Origin: Novakomyces olei
Taxonomy: Eukaryota
Direction of reading: 5' to 3'
Length of the DNA stretch: 64,000 nucleotides
Assembly (NCBI GenBank): GCA_016906335.1
Contig: JADEYG010000009.1
Location: forward strand, 372,001-436,000
Position numbers and translations under genes: made by a program. The notes beneath the pieces were generated by a model. The model ran no database searches and was not told where the DNA came from. It saw nothing but the letters and a program-made list of their open reading frames with translations. Positions 26,339 to 39,270 of this stretch are shown here, piece by piece (positions within the stretch are counted from its first letter, which is position 1; the number at the start of each line of letters is the position of its first letter).

Positions 26339-27139
26339 ATGGAGGCGGCAGAACTATCGTCCATACAATGGCGTATGCCCGAATGGATCGCGGTAAGTTC
26401 ACCGTCATAGTCTTGCCTAATTTTCCCAGTTCAATGGCGGCCTTTTACATCGATTTAATGTACTCGAGTACTTTGCCATGTCTCCGTTCTACGATCGCAC
26501 GTCAAACAATCAAGTGTTGAAAATGCAATCTCAATTCTCACAACTGGGCGATCTGCTCCCACAACTTGTACAGATGACGGGCATTGAGTTTGTAATTGCG
26601 CCACGCAGTCTTCAGCAGCCATTGACGCCACAAGGAGCCGCTGTCAATGGTGTTTGGGTAATTCAGAAACAGCGGCGACTTTCCCCGGACGAGACTGTTC
26701 CATTGGCAACGTATTTCGTGGCAGGAGAAAACATATATATGGCACCGTCTGTGCTGGCAATTGCCTCGTCTCACTTGGTATTATAGGGGGTTACGTGTAC
26801 GCGATATACTAATACACTTAGGCAAATTTGACTACAAATTTGGAGAAGATGATCGACATTGTCCATCCGCAATATCGGTTCCGGCTGAGCTCGGGTTACA
26901 GTTTTGCGTTTGCCTCGGAAAAGCCAGAGCCGACTCAAAGAAAACGTGAAAAGTCACAGGATGCAGAGGCAATGGCTGTTGATTCTACAGAGGAGGCAAC
27001 GCCTGTAGTCGAGCCAGAGAGTACAAAGGCTTCTACGGCTGCTCACAAGGCAGCTTCTCGGGGAATGGAAACGCGTGATATTGATATGCTAATGCGTAAA
27101 GCTGTCCGTCTGCAGGCTGCCAGAGAAGGATTGAAATGA
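26339..27139 (+). CDS. MED6: Mediator subunit Med6 (3 exons)
   Basis: LSSIQWRMPEWI|..NVLEYFAMSPFYDRTSNNQVLKMQ, MTGIEF, WVIQKQRR and YFVAGENIYMAP. First intron is 37 nt. Confidence 0.93.
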
Positions 27140-27471
27140 GGTAACTTCAAGCCGTAAAGTGGAATATCAGACTGAAAAGGATCGAAGCGATGGATGAACT
27201 TGGTGGCCGATTCATGTCCTCCAACGTGGACGACCTGACTTGACTCGTCTGTTGTTTGCTACCGTTTTTATTGTTGTTGGGTTTCTTATTGTTTATTGTA
27301 CGCGAACCGCTCTGCTGAAAATCTAACTCTACAAAAAGATCAAAGTCTTGAGCTAAGGTACACACGCACAAACGACAAGGGGACTAGAGTCACAAACTAC
27401 ATTAAACACTGCTCAAACTCATAAATTGGAAAGAATTAAGATACAAAACTGGCGTCCGGATCTGTTGAATC

Positions 27472-28110
27472 TCACTTTGAAAGCACAACGTTAACAACGT
27501 CCCACTCGTCAGTGCGCGGCCGCCGTTCCGTTCCAGCGTCCCACTCAAGACCAACCAATGTTGGTTCCATCAACTCGTCATCGGCCCGCTTCTTGAACTT
27601 TTTGTATACTGTTTCAAGTACTTCTTTCACCGTTGCACCGTGTTTCGGGGAGCGGACAATGAGATGAAGCGATTGAGGGAAGGCAAGATGCATTGCTCGC
27701 AGGGGTGGCTCAGTCGCTGGCTGTGCTAGAATCTCCATCATATCTTCGTCATCGATTTTGTGAGGGTTCGAGTTGATTTTCCTAGGAAATTATTAACTGA
27801 AGCTAAAGGCCCAGAATGGTGAAGGGAATATGGGTGGAACATAGAAAGTGGAGTCTTGGATGGAAAATTAAATATAAAGGCAGCTTGGACGGAAGCATTT
27901 TCGGGAAGCATTTTCAATTGAATGAACGTACCATTTCAACTTTTTTATATTAGGGTTTGTACGAATCTGTTTGCCATCTATACGTGCTTCTTCGCCCGAG
28001 TATATTCCACTAATACTGCCACGGCGAGCACGGTAGTGTAGATTATGGCCGTCTGCCTCTGGCGAAGAGCTGAGCTGTGAGAATCCCGAGTCGGACTGGA
28101 ACGAGGCCAT
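27472..28110 (-). CDS. Conserved fungal hypothetical protein (DUF6699-like), 2 exons
   Basis: A GTACGT..TAG intron joins KLKW|KINSNPHKIDD..QPATEPPL..GATVKEVLETVYKKFKKRADDEL..LVGLEWD, resembling an uncharacterised ascomycete family. Confidence 0.75.
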
Positions 28111-28962
28111 TGTCAGGGTATGGAGTACTGTCAAGTGCGGGAGGAGAGTGCTCGCTATATATATACTCGACAAAATACTTGGTATCGCGCAAGTAAATCT
28201 TGCAGGTGGCGATGAGAGCGGAGTGATGGCTAATCCAAGCAGCGGCAAATACAATTAAAATATCTCGTTCTTTTTCGCAATTCCTGTTCAGTATAGTGTA
28301 AGCTTGAACTGCGGCATTTTATCTGCTTGCCTTATGTATCGGCCGGCCCGAGTCGTTTCTAATGCCAATCTAATGATCTGCGTACTTCCCCGCATTTCGC
28401 CAGAGAACAACCTGTCTAATCAGACACCTCCATTAGTCATGAAATTACTGGAATTGTAAAAGTAAGCTAAATGTATTCTTGTACACTAGAATCAGTAATA
28501 TTGCTTGTTCCCCAAGGAGCGCTAATATTGCGCGCAACAAGATTCGAAGCGTTCGATAACGCTTAAAAATAAACAGTGTACGAATATTCAGTAAAGAACC
28601 TGTTTAATCCGATAAGATTCACAGTTGACTCGCTATTAGGCCACGCGTTACCTCTTCTCGCTTTATTGATAGCTTTATTAATTAACGTTGTCTCAATATA
28701 TACTATTACCGGTCTCATACGAGTACATCCAGCACATTAATTTCCAATATATATATCCCGAAAACTCTTGCATTTTCGTCTAAAGCTTAATATATCTCAC
28801 TATAATAATATGCATCTCATACTCTCTATACTCTATACCCTATCATACTCAATACAAACATGTCAGGCACATTTTCCGATAAATAGATTAAAAAAAATCC
28901 ATCCCAGCGCAAAGGCAATGAACAATTGTCCTGCTACAATTTGCAATTGATTGCCAAGCGCA

Positions 28963-30771
28963 ATGTTTGCCCTTCAAAGGGTGCGTATATCCCAAATTTA
29001 TGGTTGCGCTTACACTCTGCGACCCCTTTCCAGAGCAGCAAGCGGCAATAATGCGCAGCTAAAGCTGCGTACCATCAGACCTTTGTCCACACGATCGGCA
29101 ATTGCTGCTGCTGCAGCAATTGCAGCAGCAGCAGCGGCGGCAATTTTGGGATCAGGCACGCTACTGCCATCGCTTTTACCTGCGGAGGCAATTCATACAG
29201 AATCAGCACAGACCCAAGTGGTCAGGAAGGATTCAAGCGTACAGCAATCAAACGCGACTCGAGCACAAAGCTATGGGCAAACGACACGGGAACCAATCCC
29301 GACGCTGCCAGAGGACTGCACGGAGCCACATCCGAAATCGGGTACAGCTTCCGTGCCGGCAGATTTTTTGGCCGAGCTTGAGCGGGTAGCGGGCAAGGAC
29401 AATGTCGTCACTGACTCGGCAATTATCAGCGCTTACGAGTCGCCTTATCAGCTCGACACTGCCACCACAACTGGCGCCTTTATCGCCGTCGTAACTCCCG
29501 AGTCCACCGCCCACGTATCCCACATTCTTCGGCTGTGCAATAGGCACACGGTGCCCGTAGTGCCGCACAGCGGGGGAACGTGCCTCGAGGGCCAAACCCG
29601 GGCGGCCGCTGATAACAGTATTATCCTCGACTTTTCCACACACATGGCCAATATTGTGCAAGTGGCTGAGCGGGATATGCAGTGTACACTGCAGCCCGGG
29701 GTGGAATGGACCGCGCTGAACGAGCACCTGCGCGCCACGGGATCCCAACTTTTTTTCCCCGTCGATCCTGGGCCTGGAGCTCAAGTGGGTGGGATGATCG
29801 GCACGAGCTGTTCCGGGACTAATGCCATGCGGTGGGGCACAATGAAGGATTGGGTCGTCAGTATGACAGTGGTCCTGGCCAATGGCGACGTTGTCCGTAC
29901 CCGGTCATTGGCACGTAAATCAAGCAGCGGCTATGATCTGCATCATTTGTTTATCGGGGCAGAAGGCACGCTGGGCGTCGTTACCGAGGCAACCGTTCGG
30001 CTCACAAACCGGCCCACGTACAGCGTGGCGGGAACGTGTGCGTTTAACGATGTCGGGCAGATCGCTTCCGTGGTAGCCCGCGTACTAAATGCCGGGATTG
30101 CGGCACAGTGCCTGGAAATTGTGGATGATACGTCTATCGAGGCAGTTAATGCCAGCAGTGGGGGCGGACAGGCGTACCCGATGAAGCCTCATTTGTTCTT
30201 TAAATTGGCGTCCGCGGAAGCGTCATTGCCGGACGAAATTGCTCAGTTACGTAAAATTTGCCTGCAACAGGAACATGGCGGGTCCGGGTTCCGTGTGGGG
30301 GCCGACGATAGCGAATCAGAGGCAATTTGGCAGGTGCGAAAGACTATTTTGCTCTCGTCACTCGCCACGTATGGCCGAGAGGGCAGAGTGGCTCTCAATA
30401 CGGATGTCGCTGTGCCCATGAGCCGATTGCCGGAACTTGTAAGGCAGCACAAGGCTCAGGCCAAGGCTGCTGGAATACAGGTCGCTATCGTCGGCCATGC
30501 TGGTGACGGCAATTTCCATTCGCTGATCTTTTACGATAAGGCGGATCCCGCTGAAAAGCAGGCAGCTTACAAATTATCTAACCAGCTGGTCCATGATTCA
30601 ATCAGCCTGGGGGGGACTTGCAGCGGAGAGCACGGTATTGGGTCTCATAAACGGCAGTTCCTTACTGCGGAATACGGCCGGCGCAATGTTGAATTAATGT
30701 GGGGGATTAAACGGTTGTTTGATCCGAATATGATCTTGAACCCGGGCAAGTTGCTGCCGGAATTGGACTAG
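28963..30771 (+). CDS. DLD1: Mitochondrial D-lactate dehydrogenase (cytochrome), FAD-linked oxidase
   Basis: Presequence plus Ala-rich TM, VPHSGGTCLEG, FFPVDPGPGAQVGGMIGTSCSGTNAMRWGTMKDW, GHAGDGNFH, SGEHGIG and DPNMILNPGK. Confidence 0.92.
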   Translation: MFALQRVRISQIYGCAYTLRPLSRAASGNNAQLKLRTIRPLSTRSAIAAAAAIAAAAAAAILGSGTLLPSLLPAEAIHTESAQTQVVRKDSSVQQSNATRAQSYGQTTREPIPTLPEDCTEPHPKSGTASVPADFLAELERVAGKDNVVTDSAIISAYESPYQLDTATTTGAFIAVVTPESTAHVSHILRLCNRHTVPVVPHSGGTCLEGQTRAAADNSIILDFSTHMANIVQVAERDMQCTLQPGVEWTALNEHLRATGSQLFFPVDPGPGAQVGGMIGTSCSGTNAMRWGTMKDWVVSMTVVLANGDVVRTRSLARKSSSGYDLHHLFIGAEGTLGVVTEATVRLTNRPTYSVAGTCAFNDVGQIASVVARVLNAGIAAQCLEIVDDTSIEAVNASSGGGQAYPMKPHLFFKLASAEASLPDEIAQLRKICLQQEHGGSGFRVGADDSESEAIWQVRKTILLSSLATYGREGRVALNTDVAVPMSRLPELVRQHKAQAKAAGIQVAIVGHAGDGNFHSLIFYDKADPAEKQAAYKLSNQLVHDSISLGGTCSGEHGIGSHKRQFLTAEYGRRNVELMWGIKRLFDPNMILNPGKLLPELD

Positions 30772-31084
30772 CAAGCGAATTGGACCGGTTGAGTATTGCG
30801 TAGATGGAGAAAAAAATCTAAGAGAGATATACAAAAGAAACGCAAAAGGGAAAAAGAAGAGAGTAATATAGCACAATAAAATATATGTCTAGTTTGTAAT
30901 GAACAGTTCAAAATTAGTCACATTTAAGTCTCTAATATTATGCTACAAGTGCAAATGCCATCCAATATGCAAACACCTCATCCTAATTTACATCCCTGTG
31001 CATCAGCAAACAATATTGCCTTCACGTGTCTGTTTTCCAAACTCTCTGCTTCTCTTTTTCCTTTTATTTTTGCCTTTTTCCGGA

Positions 31085-32737
31085 CTAAACACTTCCCTGT
31101 GCTGGTCTCACAAACGAATTAGTATCTGCTTGTAGAATATGCCGCCGTACACGCATCCGGTCTAAATCGCTTTGCTGCTCATCTAGCCGTTTCAGCCTGG
31201 CCTCTGCTTGTAAGAGCGCCTGTTCAGCTTCGTCCGTGGAAATGGACTGCCACCCATTGTGCTTAAAGCACTTTTTCCGCTCTGCAACACAGATCCGTTC
31301 TACTGGAGCAGGTATCTTTGCGTCCAATAGTCGCTCAGCACTGGCTGCTTCGAAAAGCAGAGTGCTCAATGTTGAGTCAGGCAGATTTAAAATCGTATCA
31401 AACCCGCAAGTATCCCGTTTATGCCCACTACGTTGCTTAATCTCTTCACCAAGTAACTTGGCCCTTTCGCCACAGACTTGCACAAGGTCTTGACGCAGTT
31501 TCCAGTACTCTTTTTGCTGAACAAACTGCTCTCTGAGTCGAGAGATATTGGCTAATTCCTCTTGCTCTTGCGGCAACCAGGGCGTCTGTTCAGCAGAAAA
31601 ACTAGCAGGCAGACGTGATCCCAGAGCTTTGAAACTGGAACAGGTCTCAACATTGGCCACAAGCTTTGCCACTATTTCAGGCTGAATTGTAAATTGTGCA
31701 ATTTTGGCTGTAAAGTACTCGACCCCATGAGCATGACAGCAATACTGGCTGAAGCGCTTACCTTCAGTAGCGCCGGATGGGTTTATACAGGCAGGCAAGC
31801 GGCATTTCAATTTCCATAGCGTTTTTCCTTTGCCAGCAGCGGTACAGGAATCACAGTAATAGGCTTCAAGCAGAGGTTCATAGCTCTCTGGAATATCGAC
31901 ACAATCACCATGGAACCATCCATCACACCCGTCACAGCCTACCATCCATCTGCCATTGTCGGGTTTTCTGCAAATGCAGTATAATTGCTCTCCATCTGAG
32001 CCTGCCGCCTCTTGCCAGTCTTCAGAGTCTGCCATTTCCACGTCTGGCGAGTCAAGGGATGTAGCCGTAGTACGCTTATTTGGTCCATTTTTCTTTTTGC
32101 CCAAGCTCGATTTCACTCTTGATCCGTTACTTTCCCGTTTCTTTTTTCGTGAAACACTCTGTTTCTTGGTCCGCTCCAGCGACACCGACGTTCCATGTTC
32201 AGACACGGGGCCCGTGTCTGTTTCCAATTTAATCCGTACCGAGTCTAATTGCCGTTGGTCCTCCATCTTTGGCGGATCGTAAACACTGTCAGAGTCACTT
32301 TTAGTGTAGAGAATATTTTTCGCGTCCATTTCAGTCTGATTGTGGGTTTTCAGCGGACCAAAAGTGCCTGGGAAGAGATCTTTTTCTGCTGCACCATTTT
32401 TGTTGCTGTCAGCGCGCTCTTGGTCCACACCATCAGGCTTTTTTGATTCGTTTTGCTCTGCTGACGCCGACTCGTTTGAGTCCGAATTCCTCGGTACTTT
32501 TGGTGCTACTGCCTCCGTTTCTGATGACAGCCCATTTGAAGCAGTATTCGGTACTGTACTATCGCGGCCTTCAACGCCCATTGCTAGTAAATTGTGTATA
32601 TTCATTTGACTGCTAGAATCACCTTGCGATTTATGCTCGGCCCATGGAACATTAGGCACTGGCGCAGAATGCATATTGCTTTGCCTGTCATCTTGCGGCA
32701 CATCTTTAGCCGCGTTTGCGCCCAGTGACGACGACAT
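31085..32737 (-). CDS. SPP1: COMPASS/Set1C PHD-finger subunit Spp1
   Basis: YCICRKPDNGRWMVGCDGCDGWFHGDC PHD finger, TLWKLKCRLPAC..SQYCCHAHG and C-terminal CVAERKKCFKHNGW. Confidence 0.9.
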   Translation of the reverse strand: MSSSLGANAAKDVPQDDRQSNMHSAPVPNVPWAEHKSQGDSSSQMNIHNLLAMGVEGRDSTVPNTASNGLSSETEAVAPKVPRNSDSNESASAEQNESKKPDGVDQERADSNKNGAAEKDLFPGTFGPLKTHNQTEMDAKNILYTKSDSDSVYDPPKMEDQRQLDSVRIKLETDTGPVSEHGTSVSLERTKKQSVSRKKKRESNGSRVKSSLGKKKNGPNKRTTATSLDSPDVEMADSEDWQEAAGSDGEQLYCICRKPDNGRWMVGCDGCDGWFHGDCVDIPESYEPLLEAYYCDSCTAAGKGKTLWKLKCRLPACINPSGATEGKRFSQYCCHAHGVEYFTAKIAQFTIQPEIVAKLVANVETCSSFKALGSRLPASFSAEQTPWLPQEQEELANISRLREQFVQQKEYWKLRQDLVQVCGERAKLLGEEIKQRSGHKRDTCGFDTILNLPDSTLSTLLFEAASAERLLDAKIPAPVERICVAERKKCFKHNGWQSISTDEAEQALLQAEARLKRLDEQQSDLDRMRVRRHILQADTNSFVRPAQGSV

Positions 32738-32771
32738 TGCCGCTTGCTACGAAGCAATCGCCATTCGGCTC

Positions 32772-33124
<353 letters not shown>

Positions 33125-33533
33125 TTGCGTCTAATTACGTACGTTATTCTATATGAAATAGAATCTTTTAAGATGCGCCTTATAATAAATTTGCTGACGC
33201 GGTCTGGAAAAGCCTGACTAAACCATTTTGCCTGCGGTGGATAGCACCGGTCAAATCGCCAAGGCAATCTGATCGTAGAGGCCGCTACTGGAAGAGTACA
33301 AGAAGCGAGACCCAAACTCAGCCAAGCTTTGAAGCAGCGGCTCTTTTCTGCAAATTTGTAGAGAGCGCGCCGTTTCAAAATTGAGCCGAAGGACGAGTGC
33401 TGGAGTCCTCTTCCAATCTCTTTTTAATTTTTTTAGACGGCAAGAACGAGAGCTCTAGAGCGCGTTCTAAGGCTGCTTTGTCTCGCCCATACTTTTTCTG
33501 CCTACTCTCTGCGTTTTGAGAGGCTTGATTGGC

Positions 33534-36101
33534 ATGTCGTTTTCATGCCGGCAGCTTCAGCGGTCATGGCCGAGATCTGTCTCAGGTAGCTTTAGCTCGA
33601 TGGTGCATTTACGGGCACGAGTGCCGATCCGTCAGCTACAGACTCTGCACCGGTCAGCGCCTAACCGGCAGCCTATTTTGCCAAAGACCCAAAGCTCTTA
33701 CTGGGCCCGGTTCTACTCGGAAAATGCCAACAAGAACAATAAAACGGAAGACACTAAAGGCGAAGGCAAACCCGAGAATGAATCCAAGGAGTCCTCGGAG
33801 AAGTCTCAAGAGGAGAAGGAGCAGCGCCAGGAGATTTTGGACAATATGAAAAAGGAAGTAGAGTCTCTACAGAAAAGCGTGGACAATATTCCCTTTATTC
33901 CGGATAAGGTGAAAGACACGTTGAAGAAAAAAATCCGCGAGTCCTACGAGTCACAGATGGTTGACGGTAAGCGGGACCAGCTGGGATCCAAGAAGCCTGA
34001 TCTTGGAAGTAATGAGTCCAAACAAGAAAAGGGCAGCAGCCAAAAGTCTTCATCTGAACGAAGCGAAAGCTCAAGTGGCGCAGGAGGAGGGGATACACCG
34101 CCTCCGTCGTTTATGATTTTCCGTATTACTCCACAGTACTTGGCTTATTGGATTATTGGGGGCTATGTGCTATGGACGCTGATGAGTCCGGCTGCGAATA
34201 GCCGCGAGATAACTTGGCAAGATTTTCGTACCGCGTTCCTGGACAAAGGCCTGGTGGACCGTCTCACTGTGGTGAATAGAAGCCGTGTGCGGGTGCACCT
34301 TCATTCTGATGCAACCTCTCAACTCTACCCTGGCAGTCCAGCTTCGCTGGGCAACGTCGAGTACTATTTCTCTATCGGCTCTGTGGAAGCGTTTGAACGC
34401 AAATTGGAAGAAGCGCAGAAAGAGCTTGGTGTCCCTGTTTCCGAGTATATTCCCGTAGCTTATCATGACGAAACTTCTTGGGTGGGTCCCGTCTTTTCAC
34501 TGCTGCCCACGCTTATTGTTGTTGGCTCTATATGGTGGCTGTCGCGCCGAGCTGGAGGCGCTGGAGGTCCTGGTGGGCCAGGGGGTGGTCTTTTTTCCAT
34601 CAATAAATCTCGTGCTAAAATGTTCAACCATGAAACGGAGGTCAAAGTCAAGTTTAAGGATGTTGCTGGGTGTGATGAGGCCAAGGAAGAAATCCAAGAG
34701 TTTGTAAAGTTCCTCAAGCACCCTAAAAAATATGAATCATTGGGGGCCAAGATCCCCCGTGGAGCTATTCTCTCGGGACCTCCAGGAACGGGGAAAACCC
34801 TGCTTGCCAAGGCTACTGCTGGCGAAGCGGGTGTTCCCTTTTTCAGTGTAAGCGGCTCTGAGTTTATAGAGATGTTTGTCGGTGTTGGTCCCTCACGTGT
34901 GCGTGATTTGTTCAGTACTGCTCGCAAGAATGCTCCCTGCATCATCTTCATCGACGAGATTGATGCTATCGGAAAATCGCGGGGACGTGCGGGAAATTTC
35001 GGGGGCAATGATGAGCGAGAGAGTACACTTAACCAGCTTCTTGTTGAGATGGATGGCTTTACTTCCTCGGAACACGTTGTCGTGCTTGCCGGAACGAACC
35101 GTGCCGATGTACTAGACCAGGCACTGCTCCGCCCTGGCCGATTCGATCGGCATATCGTCATTGATCGGCCCGATATTCAGGGCCGTGAGCAAATCTTCAA
35201 AGTGCATTTACAAAAGATCGTACTGGCTCAGCCGATTGCCGAAGTCGCTGAGCATTTGGCCGTCCTGACTCCTGGATTTACTGGTGCTGATATAATGAAC
35301 TGCTGTAATGAAGGCGCTCTAATTGCCGCCCGATCAGATTCACACGCAGTCACTTTGAATCACTTTGAGCAGGCTATCGAGCGGGTAACCGCCGGTCTGG
35401 AGAAGAAGTCTCGAGTGCTGAGTCCCTCGGAAAAGAACACGGTTGCCCACCACGAAGCAGGCCACGCTGTTTGTGGCTGGTTTCTTGAGCATGTAGATCC
35501 GTTGCTCAAGGTGTCGATTATCCCAAGAGCCCAGGCTCTCGGCTACGCGAGCTATCTCCCACAGGACCAGTACCTCATGTCCCGGGGTCAAATCCTGGAC
35601 CGTATGAGCATGGCTCTTGCAGGGCGGGCTTCAGAGGAGATTTTTTTCGGCGAGCAAGCAATTACGAGTGGAGCTGCTGACGATTTTCAAAAGGTAACGC
35701 GTATGGCAACTGCCTATGTCTCCTCCTGGGGCATGTCCAAAGAACTGGGCACAGTCTGCTACCCTGTAGAGCAGCAGGAATCGTTCCAAAAGCCTTATTC
35801 CGAAGCTACTGCAAAGATAATTGATGACGAAGTACGTAGGATTGTACGTGAGGCCTACAAGCGTACCCACGAGCTGCTGATTCATCACAAGGATGGGCTT
35901 ATCAAGGTGGCCAATACTCTGCTCGACAAGGAGGTTATTTCTTTCAAGGAAGTTGAGGCTATACTGGGCCCACGTCCGTTCAAGACAAAGGTTGACCTTA
36001 GCCGGATCCTGGGTAATGGGTTCGATAGTGGCAAGGCTAGTAATACGGACGAGCCGAACCACGACCACCCTGACCAACAGAATCCTGCTCCACAAATATA
36101 G
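33534..36101 (+). CDS. YTA12: Mitochondrial m-AAA protease subunit (Yta12/Afg3 family)
   Basis: Two TMs, GPPGTGKT Walker A, IIFIDEID Walker [11 protein letters not shown] and HEAGH metalloprotease motif. AFG3 versus YTA12 paralog not resolved. Confidence 0.92.
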   Translation: MSFSCRQLQRSWPRSVSGSFSSMVHLRARVPIRQLQTLHRSAPNRQPILPKTQSSYWARFYSENANKNNKTEDTKGEGKPENESKESSEKSQEEKEQRQEILDNMKKEVESLQKSVDNIPFIPDKVKDTLKKKIRESYESQMVDGKRDQLGSKKPDLGSNESKQEKGSSQKSSSERSESSSGAGGGDTPPPSFMIFRITPQYLAYWIIGGYVLWTLMSPAANSREITWQDFRTAFLDKGLVDRLTVVNRSRVRVHLHSDATSQLYPGSPASLGNVEYYFSIGSVEAFERKLEEAQKELGVPVSEYIPVAYHDETSWVGPVFSLLPTLIVVGSIWWLSRRAGGAGGPGGPGGGLFSINKSRAKMFNHETEVKVKFKDVAGCDEAKEEIQEFVKFLKHPKKYESLGAKIPRGAILSGPPGTGKTLLAKATAGEAGVPFFSVSGSEFIEMFVGVGPSRVRDLFSTARKNAPCIIFIDEIDAIGKSRGRAGNFGGNDERESTLNQLLVEMDGFTSSEHVVVLAGTNRADVLDQALLRPGRFDRHIVIDRPDIQGREQIFKVHLQKIVLAQPIAEVAEHLAVLTPGFTGADIMNCCNEGALIAARSDSHAVTLNHFEQAIERVTAGLEKKSRVLSPSEKNTVAHHEAGHAVCGWFLEHVDPLLKVSIIPRAQALGYASYLPQDQYLMSRGQILDRMSMALAGRASEEIFFGEQAITSGAADDFQKVTRMATAYVSSWGMSKELGTVCYPVEQQESFQKPYSEATAKIIDDEVRRIVREAYKRTHELLIHHKDGLIKVANTLLDKEVISFKEVEAILGPRPFKTKVDLSRILGNGFDSGKASNTDEPNHDHPDQQNPAPQI

Positions 36102-36477
36102 AGCTCGCCTTGAAAGAACACCAAAAAAAAAAAAAGGAAAAATAATAATTAAAAATTAAAAAGGGTATTTTATTAAACTATAAACAACTCTGTAGGAACA
36201 AAGAGTCCTGGGCAGGGTACCACTTATTGTGGGAACGAATCTCTGAATAATGTACTCGTATTTATAGATTTTGAATATTTGCGAATATGATATAATATCA
36301 TGTACATGCATCGGTGTGGCAATTCATTTCTCCTTGACCTGTCAACAATTCCGTCGGGCCTTTGAAGGGTATTAAAGCGTTTGCGGTGTAATGTAGTGGC
36401 GTAAAGTAAAAGCCAGCATAGTACTGGTGTAGACTGCCTTTGTCGTGCACTATATAAATCAATGTATTATTCTCCTC

Positions 36478-36515
36478 AGGGTTAACAAATATTCTTTTGG
36501 TTAGGGTTAGGGTTA
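36478..36515. promoter_or_regulatory. Telobox array (AGGGTTA; GGTTAGGGTTAGGGTTA) upstream of NPR3
   Basis: About 100 nt upstream of the ATG at 36613. Confidence 0.55.
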
Positions 36516-36612
36516 ACAAAATAAATAATAAATGACGACAATTGATCGGGCGTGAGCAATGCCACTGCTGCTTGGCGATGCGATAATCGCACGATAATCG
36601 CAGCCCGGTCAA

Positions 36613-39245
36613 ATGCCCTCGTCGTGGCCGTACCTGGTATCGATTTTCCTCGTTACAGAGACGGACAATGGAAGCCATTTCGTGTTCAATTACCCCAAGC
36701 AGCCGCTGTCAGCGTTTAGCAGGCATCAGTACAGAGCGGGCAATCAAGGCCGTCCAAGTGCGGCAAAGTACACGTCAGGCTCAGCCGGGATTCTGACGGA
36801 GAACTATGTAGTTGACAGCGACGATTTTTCCAGTGAAGACGAGGCCGATACGTTGGCGGGCACTTTGGGCTCGGGAAGCGTTCCGACCACGAGCAGTTCT
36901 GATCGCCGTGACGGCACTGCCGGAGGCAGTGCCACTTCTAGTGCAGCACAGAAAACCCTAAATACAGGCGACGAAGCTGGGCATTCCGGTCGGGACTATG
37001 AAACAGACAGGGTTTTCCACAATCTACTGGGTCACGATACGTCTTTGCTCGCGAGTATGTTTACGCCGGACGGGAAACTGTGTAATCGGCGCTCCGAGAT
37101 ATGGATCGATACACTAACCTTCCTCTCTCTTCCCGTCCGCGTCCGCTCCGACGGCACTTGGTCAAGGCACGAGGCGCGATGGAAGGCGAAGCGGGACAAG
37201 AAGGAGGCAGGCAGCAAGTCGGGGCGGCACAGGGAGCAGCGTGAGGAGCAGTTACAGGAGGATTCACGAGCAGAATCGGACGCGCAGCCATTAGAGGCCG
37301 AGCTGCAAGTAGGCAAAGAGCTGGAAATAGGCAAAGAGCCAGTTCGAGATCGAGATCGAGATAAAGTTATAGATAAAGATGGAGATCGAGAGGCAGAGAC
37401 GAGTGACGCAGTTAGGGAAGGTGAGGCTCAAGATGGTGTGGGTTTGCTCAATGTTCAGGACATTTCTGCCTTTAATATCGTATTTGTCATGGAACCGCTG
37501 GAGAAAAACGAGTATAAGCGGTCGGTGACCCCTGTGTATGAGCACGTGCTTTCAAAGCTGTGCTCCGCTTTTAAATTCGAGCAGTCTGTTCACAATTACG
37601 TGGCTGAACAAAGTTCACGGATTCTGCAAATTCGTGACGATGCGGCATCGAAGCAGAGATCAATGTCTTCAGCGTGGGACCAAATCTTACGGGAATCGAA
37701 CTTGGCTCGAGTGTTTCAGACCGTTTTTGAGTGCATTTCCAAGGGGCATATTGCAGGGATTGTGGTAAATAACGGTGTGGATCTTTCTCTACAAATTCCG
37801 GTGCCAGTGACATCATCGCTCATACCAAAGGCTCCGGACGAGCATCCACTGCTTACTTCGGCCAATACATTTTCCGTTGTGGAAGCTCTCACTGAACATA
37901 CTTTGGCTGCTCACTATGGGATTCTTTTGCTCGATGATGCTGAGAATGTCCTGCGTCTGCTGCCGACTGAAAGGCACCCGGCGCTTGTGGCTTTTGTGCG
38001 CGGAGCAAAGCCTACACTTTCGTATGGATTTATTTTTATTTTTATTTTTATTTTTATTTTTATTATTATTATTATTTTTATTTTTATTTTTATTTTTATT
38101 TTTATTTTTATTTTTATTTTTATTTTTATTTTTATTTTTATTTTTATTTTCATTTTCATTTTCATTTTTTGGTTTCTTTTAAATTCCTTGTTTCTCACCT
38201 CTTCAGGTTCGGTACAATCTCCAAGTCGCTTCGTATTCCACTTACTACGGTTTACGTAATGGCCCGGCATCTGATCCACTGGCGTCGGGCTATAGCCATC
38301 CCGCCTTTGAGTGGCCGTAATATTTACGTAACGAGTCCGGCAGCAGATTATAGTACTCTTGCAACCAAAAGCGAAGAGTTTCGAAGGCATTTTCCTACTG
38401 TTCCTGGACTGCCACGGTTTTTAAGTCTTCTTTCTGGTCGGCATCGTGTGTACAACTCTATCATCCCGTCCCGCGACCACCGCGACTTGTACATGGACTG
38501 TCTCGCGTGGATGATGCGAAATTCCTTCATCTGCCAGCTGCGTACTTTTGTCTGGATCAAAATCTGCTCATACATAAAGCAGCAGGTCGCCCGGGACCAG
38601 CAGCTGAGGCAGCAGATAATGCAGCAGCAGCAGGAAAAAGAACAAGAGCAAGAAGCCATGGCACGATTAGAGAGGAGACGCGGAGATGAAAACCCTGATG
38701 GAGCTGCTTTGAGTGGCAGCGTGGAGAGTAATGGAACCATAAAGCTTGGCACTAGCGACGCGTCTCAGGATTCTGACAATTTTCGCAGATCATTGGAGAA
38801 TCAATCGTCACCCTTTCTTAACGATCACGGCTCAGCTGATGCAGCTGCTGCTTTTGCTTCCGACGGACAAGCTAATATTGATGAGGATTCTATCATTGCA
38901 GATCCGCACAAGGCTTCAGTACTGGAGAAATTGTGGCTGCAGAAACTTATTTCGCACAAAAATCCGGAGAACGCTATTGTATTTGAGAGGTACGCGAAGA
39001 GTTTATTATTTTGTTTTTGGGTTTTACTGGTTGGCTATTCTTTGGCGCAATTCAAAACTCAAAATTATTTTAATTGTCCACCAAATGATTTACTAATCCC
39101 ATGCTAATACTCCAGACTCATGAAATATATGAATGGCCGCCATTCTATGGAAAAAGTACAGTATATGGAAAACCTTTCCGCTCGACGCGTGCGAGAAGTT
39201 TTGGCAGATTACGACGACAGTCTCGTACGATGCCACTTTTGGTGA
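36613..39245 (+). CDS. NPR3: GATOR1/SEACIT subunit Npr3 (3 exons; introns 38022-38206 and about 38990-39115)
   Basis: LVSIFLV..GSHFVFNYP, EIWIDTLTFLSLPV, FNIVFVM, FKFEQSVHNYV, ARHLIHWRRAIAIPPL..RNIYVTSP and KYMNGRHSMEK. Confidence 0.92.
38028..38170 (+). repeat. Intronic (TTTTTA)n/(TTA)n microsatellite
   Basis: Fills NPR3 intron 1. Confidence 0.95.
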
Positions 39246-39270
39246 TATTTAGGGTTAGGGTTAAAACTGT

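Noticed and set aside
34463..35161. 232-aa antisense ORF inside YTA12, and similar antisense ORFs in DLD1, TGL2 and CLU1
   Set aside because: Shadow ORFs expected from the codon structure of GC-rich genes.
34795..35410. Alternative CUG decoding (Ser/Ala)
   Set aside because: Invariant leucines of the m-AAA protease (GKTLLAK, GLEKKS) are encoded by CTG, consistent with the standard code.
37877..38390. (FI)n, (LF)n and (KI)n ORFs and the apparent hydrophobic tail of the NPR3 ORF
   Set aside because: They come from the intron 38022-38206 satellite; splicing restores NPR3.
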